From Malacoraja senta (Eukaryota), in assembly GCA_038087875.1 (NCBI GenBank), contig CM075992.1, positions 1,490,001 to 1,554,000 on the forward strand: a stretch of DNA of 64,000 bases. The letters are read 5' to 3'. Under the pieces are notes generated by a model that saw nothing but the letters and a program-made list of their open reading frames with translations, was not told the origin of the DNA and searched no databases. The translations under genes were made by a program, and so were the position numbers. Below, one piece after another: positions 52,102-64,000 of this stretch (positions within the stretch are counted from its first letter, which is position 1; every line of letters starts with the position of its first letter).

Positions 52102-53187
52102 GCAGTTCCTTCCTACACATACTGTATCCACCAGGTGTCCTCAGTACACTATGACGTTCCCTCGTAATAACTGGACCATGTACTCGTTATTGAGATTCTT
52201 CTCAGTGTGAGTGTCGTGTCCCCGTTAGATGTCACATGCGTGCAGGAAGGAACTGCAGATGCTGGTTTATACCGAAGATAGACAAGAAAAAGCTGGAGTA
52301 ACTCAGCGGGACAGGGAGCATCTCTGGAGAAAAGGAAAAGGTGACGTTTCAGGTCGAGAACTTGCTCAGCGTACATTAGGCATCCTGTCACTAGATATCA
52401 GAACAGATAATATGGCAATTGGCCAATTTTAGAAATATCTTTGTAAAATTCACTTTTCACATTAAAAGTTTAAAAATTGAAGCAGCGTAATTGCATATGT
52501 TCTGCCATTCGATATGTTTTTGTATCTTGTCCACTTTGCAGCCTCATGTCCATATAGCCAAACAATAAAAATTTTGGCCAAAGACTTACAGGATTGTAGG
52601 TTAATTGGCTTGGTATAATTGTAAATTGTCCCTAGTGTGTGTAGGATAGTGTTAGTGTGTGGGGATCGTTAGTCAAAGCATTAATTGGTTAAAGCAAATC
52701 CTATATTACAAGTGACTATAGTTTGATACTGTTTAAGAAAGAACTGCAGATGCTGAAAAAATCGAAGGTGGACAAAAATGCTGGAGAAACTCAGCGGGTG
52801 AGGCAGCATCTATGGAGCAAAGGAATAGGTGACGTTTCGGGTCGAGACCCTTCTTCAGAAGTTTGAAAATATTCATTTGGTTAAGTGCTTTGAGATAGAA
52901 ACATAGAAACATAGAAAATAGGTGCAGGAGTAGGCCATTCGGCCCTTCGAGCATGCACCATCATTCAATATGATCATGGCTGATCATCCAACTCAGTATC
53001 CTGTACCTGCCTTCTCTCCATACCCCCTGATCCCTTTAGCCACAAGGGCCACATCTAACTCCCTCTTAAATATAGCCAATAAACTGGCCTCAACTACCTT
53101 CTGTGGCAGAGAATTCCACAGATTCACCACTCTCTGTGTAAAAAATGATTTTCTCATCTCGGTCCTAAAAGACGTCCCCCTTATCCT
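52102..53187 (-). repeat. Inverted duplicate of 33379-34465
   Basis: Reverse-complement match including unique sequence. Confidence 0.92.
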
Positions 53188-53348
53188 TAAACTGTGACCC
53201 CTTGTTCTGGACTTCCCCAACATCGGGAACAATCTTCCTGCATCTAGCCTGTCCAACCCCTTAAGAATTTTGTAAGTTTCTATAAGATCCCCCCTCAATC
53301 TTCTAAATTCTAGCGAGTACAAGCCGAGTCTATCCAGTCTTTCTTCAT
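52895..53348 (-). mobile_element. CR1 3' end
   Basis: YSLEFRRLRGDLIETYKILKGLD...FFTQRVVNLWNSLP; (TTTCTATG)n tail. Confidence 0.9.
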
Positions 53349-53984
53349 GTGAAAATGCTGGAGAAAGTCAGCGGGTGAGGCAGCATCTGTGGAGCGAAGG
53401 AATAGGTGACGTTTCGGGTCAAGACCCTTCTTCAGAAGTTTGAAAAGTGCTTAAGTGCTTTGAGTTATACTGGGAGGGGAGGGGGGGGGGGTGGGGAGAT
53501 ATTATAGAAATGCATGGCTTTCAAGATTTTAATTTTATTCCATGGTAAACATTGTCGATCGCACTTACAGCTGCCAACTCCACAAGTGGAATCCCATCGA
53601 GAGTACCAGAGGTACATTCTGTGTTGTGAGGTTTCCATTCTCAAGGTTTATAAATATATTTTTGCATTGTCTGTGCAGGAAGAGGGCAAGTGTTTCCACA
53701 GTAAACCAACTGGGCTCATGACATCATGAGCATGCAAATGAAGAGTGTTATGACTTTATTAGCAGTTGATATATATATTTTATTTTTTAAAGCACATTTA
53801 GCAGTTTTTAATTTGCTCTGGGTAGGAAAGACCCATGGGGAGTGTAATAGCAAGAGTCTACATGTCTCTTCTGTGGCATATTGAAGGGATATTGAAACTG
53901 AAATATAGAAACAAGGAGCTGCAGATGCTGGTTTACCAAAGGTTTTTGTGCCGTTTTGTAAAACAGAATAATAATATTAATATA

Positions 53985-54400
53985 TTTTATTGTCATTGCA
54001 CATAGGTGTAACGAGATGTGGTACGCAGCTTCCATCCGATGTCATAACTTAAACAACTAATAACATTTAGATTTAGATACCCCGAGAAACATGACTTATA
54101 TTTTTAAAAAAGAACATTAAAACAGTAGAACAGTCTAATGTGCAAATATGTCTGTGCCGGGTCGATGTGCGTGAATTCAGTTCATGGGGGTGGGGGGGGG
54201 GGGGCACTCAGCAGGGCCGGTTCAGAGCAGTGATAGCTCTGGTGATGAAGCTGTTCCTGAGTCTGGAGGTGCGGGCGTAGAAGGCCTTGTAACGACTGCC
54301 GGAAGGTAGGAGTTCGAACAGACTATTACAAGGGTGTGAGGAGTCTTTGTGGATGCTGATGGCCTTCTTGAGGCACCGTGTGTAGTAGTTGCCCTCCAAG
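53985..54400 (-). mobile_element. Rex-Babar-type LINE 3' fragment
   Basis: RCLKKAISIHKDSSHPCNSLFELLPSGSRYKAFYARTSRLRNSFITRAITALN. Confidence 0.8.
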
Positions 54401-54499
54401 GCTGGTCCCAGAATAGTCTTTCAATGGCCAATGCCCAGTATATCGGGTTAGCAATGTTTTTTCCTGTAAATAATATCACAGGAAGATTTATTATATTAT

Positions 54500-54765
54500 A
54501 TTTAGTTTGGTTTAGTTTAGTGTAGTTTAGTGTAGTTTAGTTTAGTTTAGTTTGGTTTGGTTTGGTTTGGTTTGGTTTGGTTTGGTTTGGTTTGGTTTGG
54601 TTTGGTTTGGTTTGGTTTGGTTTGGTTTGGTTTGGTTTGGTTTGGTTTGGTTTGGTTTGGTTTGGTTTGGTTTGGTTTGGTTTGGTTTGGTTTGGTTTGG
54701 TTTGGTTTGGTTTGGTTTGGTTTGGTTTGGTTTGGTTTGGTTTGGTTTGGTTTGGTTTGGTTTAG
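54500..54765. repeat. (TTTAG)n/(TTTGG)n pentanucleotide array, expanded SINE tail
   Basis: Direct reading; abuts the 3' end of a minus-strand SINE. Confidence 0.95.
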
Positions 54766-55063
54766 GTTGGGAGACACAGAATGGAAACAGGCCCTTCGGT
54801 CCACCGAGTCCGCGCCGACCAGCGATCCCCGCACACTAACACTATCCTACACCCACTAGGGACAATTTTTACATTTACCAAGCCAATTAACCGACACACC
54901 TGTACATCTTTGGCGTGTGGGAGGAAACCGAAGATCTCGGAGGAAACCCACGCAGGTCACGGGGAGAGCGTACAAACTCCGTACAGCCAGTACCCTTAAT
55001 CAGGATCGAACCCGGGTCTCTGGCGCTGTAAGGCAGCCAGTATACTATGACTCCGTGCCGCCC
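54766..55063 (-). mobile_element. HE1-type SINE
   Basis: Reverse complement of GGGCGGCACGG...CCCGGGTTCGATCCTG...GGACCGAAGGGCCTGTTTCC. Confidence 0.85.
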
Positions 55064-55404
55064 ATTTGTTTGCTAAAAACATTTAAAATAAATAAATGCA
55101 GGAGAATAGGCCAGTCAGCTCCTGTTATTTGGTAAGATCATGACTGAACCTGTACGGCTGCACAGCTTTCTTGCACTATATCCTTGGATTTCCCAAATGT
55201 CTGAAAATCTATCTGGTTGCCTCGAATATACTCTGCAACTGGGCTATCAAAGCCCGCTTCAGGCATGGGTTCCAAAGATTCATTACTCTATGGTGAAGAC
55301 ATTGTCCCCATCTCAGTCCCGAGCTTGTGTCCCAGATAACAGACACCTTGCTAAGGGATACATTCACCTCAAATCTGTCCAGCAAGGAATTTTCACAAGT
55401 CCAC

Positions 55405-55690
55405 AAGTTATAGGAGCAGAATTAGGCCATTCGGCCCATCGAGTCTACTCCGCCATTCAATCATGGCTGATCTCTGCCTCCTAATCCCATTTTCCTGCCT
55501 TCTCCCCATAACCCTTGACACCCGTTCTAATCAAAAATGTGTCTACCTCCGCCTTAAAAATACCCACTGACTTGTCCTCCACAGCCCTCTGTGGCAATAA
55601 GTTCCACAGATTAACAACCACTCTGACTAAAGAAGTTCCTCCTCACCTCCTTTCTAAAAGAGAGCCCTTAAATTCTATGTCCTCTGGTCC
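55405..55690 (-). mobile_element. CR1 3' fragment
   Basis: TAGGCCATTCGGCCCATCGAGTCTACTCCGCCATTCAATCATGGCTGATC reverse tail. Confidence 0.78.
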
Positions 55691-55810
55691 TTGTACAAGC
55701 AATAGGATCAACTCTTATGCTTCTCTACACAGGACAGTATACAACATATCTGCCAAATCTCACCTTATGTGACATACCAGCCATGATTATATTTTAACAA
55801 CAAATTATAG

Positions 55811-56022
55811 TGGTGCCTGCTGGTATCGAACCCCGCGTTCGGAAGCCGGGGTCACGTGACTCGGGAGGGGCTGCTTGTTTCGCGAGGTTTTTGCTTTCGC
55901 GCATTAGTTCAGCGCTGACCACCGTTGTGGCCAGATGTGTCTAGAGAACGTGTATACTGGAAACCGAACTTTTGAATAAAGAATAAAGTTGGAAACTTCA
56001 GTTGTCGTTCTTCAGACCGCCA
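55811..56022 (+). mobile_element. Possible short solo LTR
   Basis: TGGTG...CGCCA near-inverted ends, CpG-rich interior, tandem AATAAA near the 3' end; no clear TSD. Confidence 0.3.
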
Positions 56023-57375
56023 AAAAATAATATATGTACATCACTTCACTTTTCATAAAGACACACGGACATATTTACTTAAATAAAATGACTGACGCTG
56101 TAACTGCGACTCTTATCATCGCACGCACACACACGTACACAAACACCATGTATGTATTTCCTGTTTAGTTAACTACTTCTCCTAAAGCAGTCTGGTGTCA
56201 CCAATTTAACTGACTCATCTATTTAATCTGTCTAAGAGTATTGACCGAAGATAGACACAAAACTCAGCGGGGCAGGCAGCATCTCTGGAGAGAAAGAATG
56301 GGTGATGCTTTCGGGTCGAGACCCTTCTTCAGACTGAAAGTCACGGGAAAGGGAAACGAGAGATATAGACGATGATGTAGAGAGATGATGTAGAGAGAAT
56401 TCTCTGGAATTCATCTGAGGCCAGTTCATTGGCTATATTTAAGAGGGAGTTAGATGTGGCCCTTGTGGCTAAAGGGATCAGGGGGTATGGAGAGAAAGCA
56501 GGTACAGGATACTGAGTTGGATGATCAGCCATGATCATATTGAATGGCGGTGCAGGCTCAAAGGGCCGAATGGCCTACTCCTGCACCTATTTTTCTATGT
56601 TTCTATGTTTCTGAAAGATATGCAAAAAAGTTGCAATGATAAAGGAAACAGGCCATTGTTAGCTGTTTGTTGGGTGAGAACAAAAAGCTGGTGTGACTTT
56701 GCTGAGGGAGGGATGGAGAGAGAGGGAATGTAGGGGATATTTGAAGTTAGAGAAATCAATATTTTACTGCTGTTTCTGCAATGCCTTTGCAGGTAAGCAT
56801 TTGTATATAGGAAGTCCCTATTTCGCCCACAAAGAACCTTACAAATATGTTTCCTGGGTCTACCTAAACTGTGCAATGAACATAGAGAAATAGTACAACT
56901 CAGATTTCAAGCCCAAATGTATCACAAAAAAAGTTGACTGTGTCAAACTAAAACTCAGCAATTAGTTTCCCATTTATTAGGCCTCATCTCTCTTATGATA
57001 CAGGTGCAGGATTAAACGTACACTAGTATCTCAGCTTTACAAACCACATTTTGGGGTCACCGTGTGGCATTCTTGCAGCTTTTACAACACATGTACAGTT
57101 TTGATCAAAAACTGAATGTAACCACACGAAGGGTTTGTGGCGAGCGTACATGGTAAAATACACATTGTACCTCATGCAGCGCCCACATACACTAAACATT
57201 CTTCGTCAATTATCAATAAAGCCATCCCTTGTGACAAAGACTGACAACCTTGGGAAATGACCACATATTATTTCCTGTAGTCCTTAACCTGGCTCAGCAT
57301 ATTGAAGATAGACACAAAACGCTAGAGTAACTCTGTGGGACAGGTAGAAGGAATGGGTGTCTGCAGAAGGGTCTT

Positions 57376-57832
57376 AGAAACATAGAAAATAGGTGCAGGC
57401 GGAGGCCATTCGGCCCTTCGAGCCAGCACCGCCATTCATTGTGATCATGGCTGATCGTCCCCTATCAATAACCCGTGCCTGCCTTCTCCCCATATCCCTT
57501 AACTCCACTAGCCCCTAGAGCTCTATCTAACTCTCTCTTAAATCCATCCAGTGACTTGGCCTCCACTGCCCTCTGTGGCAGGGAATTCCATAAATTCACA
57601 ACTCTCTGGGTGAAAAAGTTTTTTCTCACCTCAGTCTTAAATAACCTCCCCTTTATTCTAAGACTGCGGCCCCTGGTTCTGGACTCGCCCAACATTGGGA
57701 AATTTTTTCTTGCATCTAGCTTGTCCAGTCCTTTTAGAATTTTATATGTTTCTATGATCCCCCCTCATCCTTCTAAACTTAAGTGAATACAAGCCTAGTC
57801 TTTTCTATCTTTCCTCATAAGACAGTCCGACC
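57376..57832 (-). mobile_element. CR1 3' end
   Basis: LGESRTRGRSLRIKGRLFKTEVRKNFFTQRVVNLWNSLP. Confidence 0.88.
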
Positions 57833-58009
57833 AGGGTCTTTTCCCTAAACGTCACCCATTCATTTTGTGGGTATCTAGATGAGTTTGTTGACTTCAGTAG
57901 TTACAGAATCAAAGGGGAATGGAAGTATGGGGATCATAAGTCACTGGAGTATAAATACTCATGGGTTAATTTTAAACGAATTAATCTCATGAACTGATAC
58001 GATCAGATG

Positions 58010-58738
58010 TGTAAGAAGGAACTATAGATGCTGGTTTAAACCGAAGATAGACTCAAAAAGCTGGAGTAACTCAGCGGGACAGGCAGCATCTATGGGGAGA
58101 AGGAATGGGTGACATTTCGGGTCGAGACCCTTCTTCAGACTGGTTAGGGATAAGGGAAATGAGAGATATAAGACGGTGATGTGAAGAGATAAAGAACAAT
58201 GAATGAAAGATATGCAAAAAAGTATCGATGATAAAGGAAACAGGCCATGTTAGCTGTTTGTTGGGTGAAAATGAGAAGTTAGGTCGACTTGGGTGGGGGA
58301 GAGATAGAGAGAGAAGGAATGCTGGGGTTACTTGGGGTTAGATAAATCAATATTTATACCACTGGCTGTAAGTTGCCCAAGTGAAATATGAGATGCTCTT
58401 CCTCCAATTTGGGTTTCGCCTCACTCTGACAATGGAGGACCCCGAGGCCAGAAAGGTCTGTGTAGGTACACAGAAATGCTGGAGGAAATCAGCAGGTGCA
58501 GCAGCAATGGAAAATTGAAGGTACACAAAAATGCTGGAGAAACTCAGCGGGTGTGAAAATCGATTCCAGCATCTGCAGTTCCTTCTTAAACACAAGTTCT
58601 GTGTAGGAATGGGAATGGGAATTAAAGTGTCCAGCAACCGGGAGATCAGGTAGGTTCAGGCGGGCTGAGCGAAGTTGTTCCACGAAACGATCGCCCAGTC
58701 TGTGTTTGGTCTCGTCGATGTATAAGAGTCCACATCTT
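58010..58738 (-). mobile_element. Penelope-like element remnant with nested repeat
   Basis: Minus strand CGLLYIDETKHRLGDRFVEQLRSAR...LPVAGHFNS, followed by the terminal-repeat motif. Confidence 0.78.
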
Positions 58739-60189
58739 GTTATCAGATCATTGGTGCCTGTTAGACTCTCTGCTTAGAGTCAATGGAAAGGAAAATTGAG
58801 AATATGTGAAATAAGCAGTTTAATTGTTTTAGTTTCCTGCTGGTTGCGTTCAAGTTTCCCACAGTGTTTATTTATAGTTGAGGCAAATGAGTTATAAGTG
58901 CCTTAACCTGAGATCAAGTTAAAATCATTACTTGAGTTTTAAAAAAAACAATGGAACATTTGCAAGTAAAATCCAATTGATATGAATATCCTATCATTGG
59001 CTATATTTAAGAGGGAGTTAGATGTGGCCCTTGTGGCTAAAGGGATCAGGGGGTATGGAGAGAAAGCAGGTACGGGATACTGAGATGGATGATCAGCCAT
59101 GATCATATTGAATGGCGGTGCAGGCTCGAAGGGCCGAATGGCCTACTCCTGCACCTATTTTCTATGTTTCTATGTATGAATACTAGTTACGTTACAAAAC
59201 TAATTCTCAGCAAGTGAGATGCATTAGGACCCACTGGTATAATAAGATGCATTCTATTCAGGTAAAATCTGTCTTTCAGGTTGTTGAAATTATTCTGTGT
59301 TGGAAGGAACTGTAGACGGTGGTTTAAATTGAAGATAGATACAAAAAGCCAGAGTAACTCAGCGGGTCAGACGGCATCTGTGGAGAGAAGGAATGGGTGA
59401 CGTATCGGGTCAGCACCCTTCTTCAGACTGTTGTGCCTCTAAGCGCTTATGTTTTAATGGAACATATTACTAAGCATAAGGTGTTATATGTGTGTTATAT
59501 ACAGCAACATCATTAGTGTGACTAAGACAAAGAAAATAATGTAGGCGTAAATTACCGGAAAAACAACAGTTGACACAACTTCTACAAAACCACAAGGTCA
59601 GGAATTATCACTTCTGTTCTCCATCTCTCTGATGTTGCACTTGTTAGCTTTGATGATGTTATTCATTGTCTTCGACTCGTTTAGCTAAACAGCATTTGTT
59701 CACTCGATTTAAACAATAAAATGCAACTAATGCTGATGGAAATCAGGGAAACAAGAGAGATTATATTACTTGTATTTCCCCCCTTTTGAACAAGTTAATG
59801 AATGATTGGATGCTGACATCTGTCAACCATTTCATGGAAAATGAAACAGACCCGATCTTAGTTTTCGGAGGCTTTTTGCCAACTTGTCCTTCCCCAGTGC
59901 AAATGACCTACTTACAACTTTTACACCAAAAAAACAAGCGCTTGTGGTCAACGATCATTTTTCTTTTTAACCATTTGCAGGCAAGTTGAAAATATTCAAC
60001 CACTCATTAGTTTCTTTGGCCAGACTATTTTCTATTCTTGCCCCCAACTCTTCTGCTGTTAGCAAAAAGCTAACTGCTGGAGGAACTCTGCGAGGAGGGA
60101 ACTGCAGGTGCTGGTTTATCGATTTTGAATATTGATTTCGCTAACTTCAAGTAACCCTTGCTTTCCCTCTCTCTCCATCCCTCCCCCAT

Positions 60190-60445
60190 CATAGAAACAT
60201 AGAAACATAGAAATTAGGTGCAGGAGTAGGCCATTCGGCCCTTCGAGCCTGCACCGCCATTCAATATGATCATGGCTGATCATCCAACTCAGTATCCTGT
60301 ACCTGCCTTCTCTCCATACCCCCTGATCCCTTTAGCCACAAGGGCCACATCTAACTCCCTCTTAAATATAGCCAATGAACTGGCCTCAACTACCTTCTGT
60401 GGCAGAGAGTTCCACAGATTCACCACTCTCTGTGTGAAAAATGTT
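60190..60445 (-). mobile_element. CR1 3' end
   Basis: FFTQRVVNLWNSLPQKVVEASSL; near-identical + strand tails at about 56418-56610 and 58995-59175. Confidence 0.85.
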
Positions 60446-61119
60446 TTCACCCAGAGAGTTCTCCGACCAGTCTGACCACTCTGACTGTCCTCCTGATTAT
60501 ATTTTATTTTTATATGCCTCGTTGTCACCTTCCCCATGCCAACAAAGACCTACATTTTCCTTGGGCTTGAACCCCTTTGATATCTTATTTTCACACCTTA
60601 TCCTTCCATATCTCTGTGTCTCCCTCTCCCCTGACTCTCAGTCTGAAGAAGTGTCTCGACCCGAAACATCACCCATTCCTACTCTCCAGAGATGCTGCCT
60701 GTCCCGCTGAGTTACTCCAGCATTCTGTGCCTGACTTGTTGAGTTCCTGCTATAGCTTTTCACTCCAAATTACAGTATCTGCGGTCTCTTGGGTCTCCTC
60801 TGCTGAAACATCAATTGGTGGGCCATGAATTATTCAGCTATTAATTGATGCTGTATAGGTTACAGAACAATAGGATGGTGTCATCAAAATCCATCACTTC
60901 TTTGCCAAATTATTCATCCTTGTAAGTTTGATACTGATGTAAACTGGGTCACGTTGAATTTTAGAAGCTACAATTTAATTATTTGTAAGTAAATACTGCA
61001 AAAGTTCAAAATCTGAAATAAAAAACGTAATTTGCAGGAGGCTCTGCAGATAGGTATCGTTCTTTGGAGAGTAAAACAAAATTAAGGTTTTAGGACTGTG
61101 ATTTTGTACCAGAAAATTA

Positions 61120-61440
61120 TGGCGCAGAGTTATGGCGTAGAGTTGCTGCCTGACAGCGCTTACAGCACCAGAGACCTGGGTTTGATCACGACTACGGGTG
61201 CTGTCTGTACGGAGTTTGTACGTTCTCCCCGTGACCTGCGTGGGTTTTCTCTGAGGTCTTTGGTTTCCTCCCATAATTACAGAGACGTACCGGTTTGTAG
61301 GTTAATTGGCTTGGTATAAGTGTAAATTGTCCCTAGTGTGTGTAGGATAGTGTTAGTGTGCGGGGATCGCTGGTCGGCGCGGACCCGGTGGGCCGAAGGG
61401 CCTGTTTCCGCGCTGTATCCCTAAACTAAACTAGACTGAA
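61120..61440 (+). mobile_element. HE1-type SINE, near full length
   Basis: GTAGAGTTGCTGCC...GAGACCTGGGTTTGATC...GGGCCGAAGGGCCTGTTTCCGCGCTGTATC(CTAAA)n. Confidence 0.85.
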
Positions 61441-61732
61441 AAGTGAGAAAGTAAATGTGTTTTAAGTTGCAGTCAAGGTGCAGGAAAGAGAAATTAGAGG
61501 GATTGACACAAAATGCTGGAGTAACTCAACAGGACAGGCCTGCATCTCTGGAGAGAAGGATTGGGTGATGTTTCGGGTCGATATTCAATATTCAATATGA
61601 AATCAATATTCATTCTACTGGGTTGTAAGCTGCCCAAGTGAAATATGAGGTGCTGTTCCCCAATTTGTGTTGGACCTCTCTCTGACATCCTCCCTTCCTG
61701 TGTAAGGATCTTTCATTCATCAATTCCTCTTG

Positions 61733-62365
61733 ATAGACAATAGACAATAGACAATAGACAATAGGTGCAGGAGTAGGCCATTCGGCCCTTCGAGCCAGCA
61801 CCGCCATTCAATGTGATCATGGCTGATCATCCCCAATCAGTACCCCGTTCCTGCCATCTCCCCATATCCCCTGACACCGCTATTTTTAAGAGCCCTATCT
61901 AGCTTTCTCTTGAAAGCATCCAGAGAACCTGCCTCCACCGCCCTCTGAGGCAGAGAATTCCACAGACTCACCACTCTCTGTGAGAAAAAGTGTTTCCTCG
62001 TCTCCGTTCTAAATGGCTTAATCCTTATTCTTAAACTGTGGCCCCTGGTTCTGGACTCCCCCAACATGGTTCCTGCCTCTAGTGTGTCCAAGCCCTTAAC
62101 AATCTTATATGTTTCAATGAGATCCCCTCTCATCCTTCTAAACTCCAGAGTGTACAAGCCCAGCTGCTCCATTCTCTCAGCATATGACAGTCCCGCCATC
62201 CTGGGAATTAACCTTGTAAACCTACGCTGCACTCCCTCAATAGCAAGAATGTCCTTCCTCAAATTACGGGACCAAAACTGCACACAATACTCCAGGTGTG
62301 GTCTCACTAGGGCCCTCTACAACTGCAGAAGGACCTCTTTGCTCCTATATTCGATTCCTCTTGTT
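61733..62365 (-). mobile_element. CR1 3' end
   Basis: VRPHLEYCVQFWS...EGVQRRFTRLIP...LWNSLP; (TATTGTC)n tail. Confidence 0.9.
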
Positions 62366-62909
62366 GATCTTTCATTCATCATTGTAGGAGCAAGATGGAA
62401 AGGCCATATGGAGCTGGTGTTTGAGGTAACACTTGATTTATTAAGTCTGGTGAGCTCCCTCTCCCACCAGTCAAGGCTGATCTGTCAAGTGTGGCTTTGG
62501 TACATTGATAATATTTTCAGATGATGCGGTTTTGCACACAGACTTGATTAACAATAAAACAAGGTCTTGATTACAGAATGGAACTGAGAAAGACTTAATC
62601 AGGTGACATGGGATCAGGGATATGGATGTCAGCAATACATGAACTGAGACAAAGATGGAATCAGGAAATATTGCCAAGATAGAATCATGCTGTCCTTGAG
62701 ATAAAACAGATACATGATCCAAAACTCACCTTAGTTCATGCATGTTTATTCCAGCCTTGGAAAGGACTGTTGAAGATGGTCAAGGACTTGAGTTTTAACA
62801 GAACCCAAAGAGAATGGCTTCAGATTTATCCATATATAGTAAGATGATTTTTGTGCACTCAGCAGTGGATGCCAGGTACGACTACATAGAAGTCAAGTCA
62901 AGTCAAGTG

Positions 62910-63780
62910 AAACATAGAAACATAGAAAATAGGTGCAGGAGGAGGCCATTCGGCCCTTTGAGCCAGCACCGCCATTCATTGTTATCATGGCTGATCGTCC
63001 CCAATCAATAACCCGTGCCTGCCTTCTCCCCATATCCCTTGACTCCACTAGCCCCTAGAGCTCTATCTAACTCTCTCTTAAATCCATCCAGTGACTTGGC
63101 CTCCACTGCCCTCTGTGGCAGGGAATTCCACAAATTCACAACTCTCTGGGTGAAAACGTTTTTTCTCACCTCAGTCTTAAATGGTCTCCCCTTTATTCTA
63201 AGACTGTGTGTGGCCCCTGGTTCTGGACTCGCCCAACATTGGGAACATTTTTCCTGCATCTAGCTTGTCCAGTCCTTTTATAATTTCATTTGTTTCTATA
63301 AGATCCCCCCTCATCCTTCTAAACTCCAGTGAATACAAGCCTAGTCTTTTCAATCTTTCCTCATATGACAGTCCCGCCATCCCAGGGATCAATCTTGTGA
63401 ACCTACGCTGCCTCAATCACAAGGATGTCCTTCCTCAAATTAGGAGACCAAAACTGTACACAATACTCCAGATGTGGTCTTACCAGAGCCCTATACAACT
63501 GCAGAAGAACCTCTCTACTCCTATACTGAAATCCTCTTGTAATGAAGGCCAACATTCCATTAGCTCTCTTCTGAACCTGCACGCCAACTTTGAGTGACCG
63601 GTATACAAGGACACCCAGGTCTCGCTGTACCTCCCCCTTACCTAACCTAACCCCTTTGAGATAATTATCTGCTCCCCTGTTTTTGCCACCAAAGTGGATA
63701 ACCTCACATTTATCTATATTATACTGCATCTGCCATGCATCTGCCCACTCACTCAACCTGTCCAGGTCACCCTGCAACCT
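62910..63780 (-). mobile_element. CR1 RT C-terminal part and 3' end, frameshifted
   Basis: LQGDLDRLSEWADAWQMQYNIDKCEVIHFG...LVRPHLEYCVQFWSP...LWNSLP. Confidence 0.92.
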
Positions 63781-64000
63781 CCACATACAGTTTAGAAACT
63801 GTGCAGGGTCAAGAAAGATGATGAGGTTTATCTGGCTGATATCAGCATATAAATATAAATTGATGCAGTATTTCTGGAAGATATTCTGAGGGATAGCATA
63901 TAGAAGAGAAGCAGGAGAAGACTAATGTACATGGGGTCACCAGAGATAATGGAACAAATGCAGGATAATTTTTATTTTCAGATAGGAGACAATAACTGAA

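Noticed and set aside
55811..55840. tRNA gene (minus-strand GGTTCGA...CACCA), and tRNA-like heads at 45270, 55063 and 61120
   Set aside because: No full cloverleaf; the latter three are SINE heads

Overview
Vertebrate genomic DNA, most likely from a cartilaginous fish (ray/skate), inferred from HE1-type tRNA SINEs and abundant CR1, Penelope-derived and Rex-Babar repeats. One complete protein-coding gene is present: TMED1 (p24 gamma), 4 exons at 39574-46551 (+), 226 aa. The last two coding exons and 3' UTR of dynamin-2 (DNM2, proline-rich domain) occur in three copies. Two are intact + strand copies inside a near-identical direct duplication (1-9110 = 22238-31346). The third is a deletion-riddled - strand copy (47464-50161) lying tail-to-tail with TMED1, as in human. 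No upstream DNM2 exons are recognisable in the window. The DNM2 pieces sit within a composite unit built around a 23-bp GC-rich minisatellite arranged as two oppositely oriented arrays (12280-17686 and 17687-22312; smaller version at 50330-51691), with fixed flanking blocks that are also inverted. This architecture resembles a foldback-type element or duplication hub carrying host exons. An open 5'-truncated Rex-Babar ORF with an apparent target-site duplication ends about 225 bp upstream of the TMED1 start codon. The rest is fragmented TE sequence and microsatellites.
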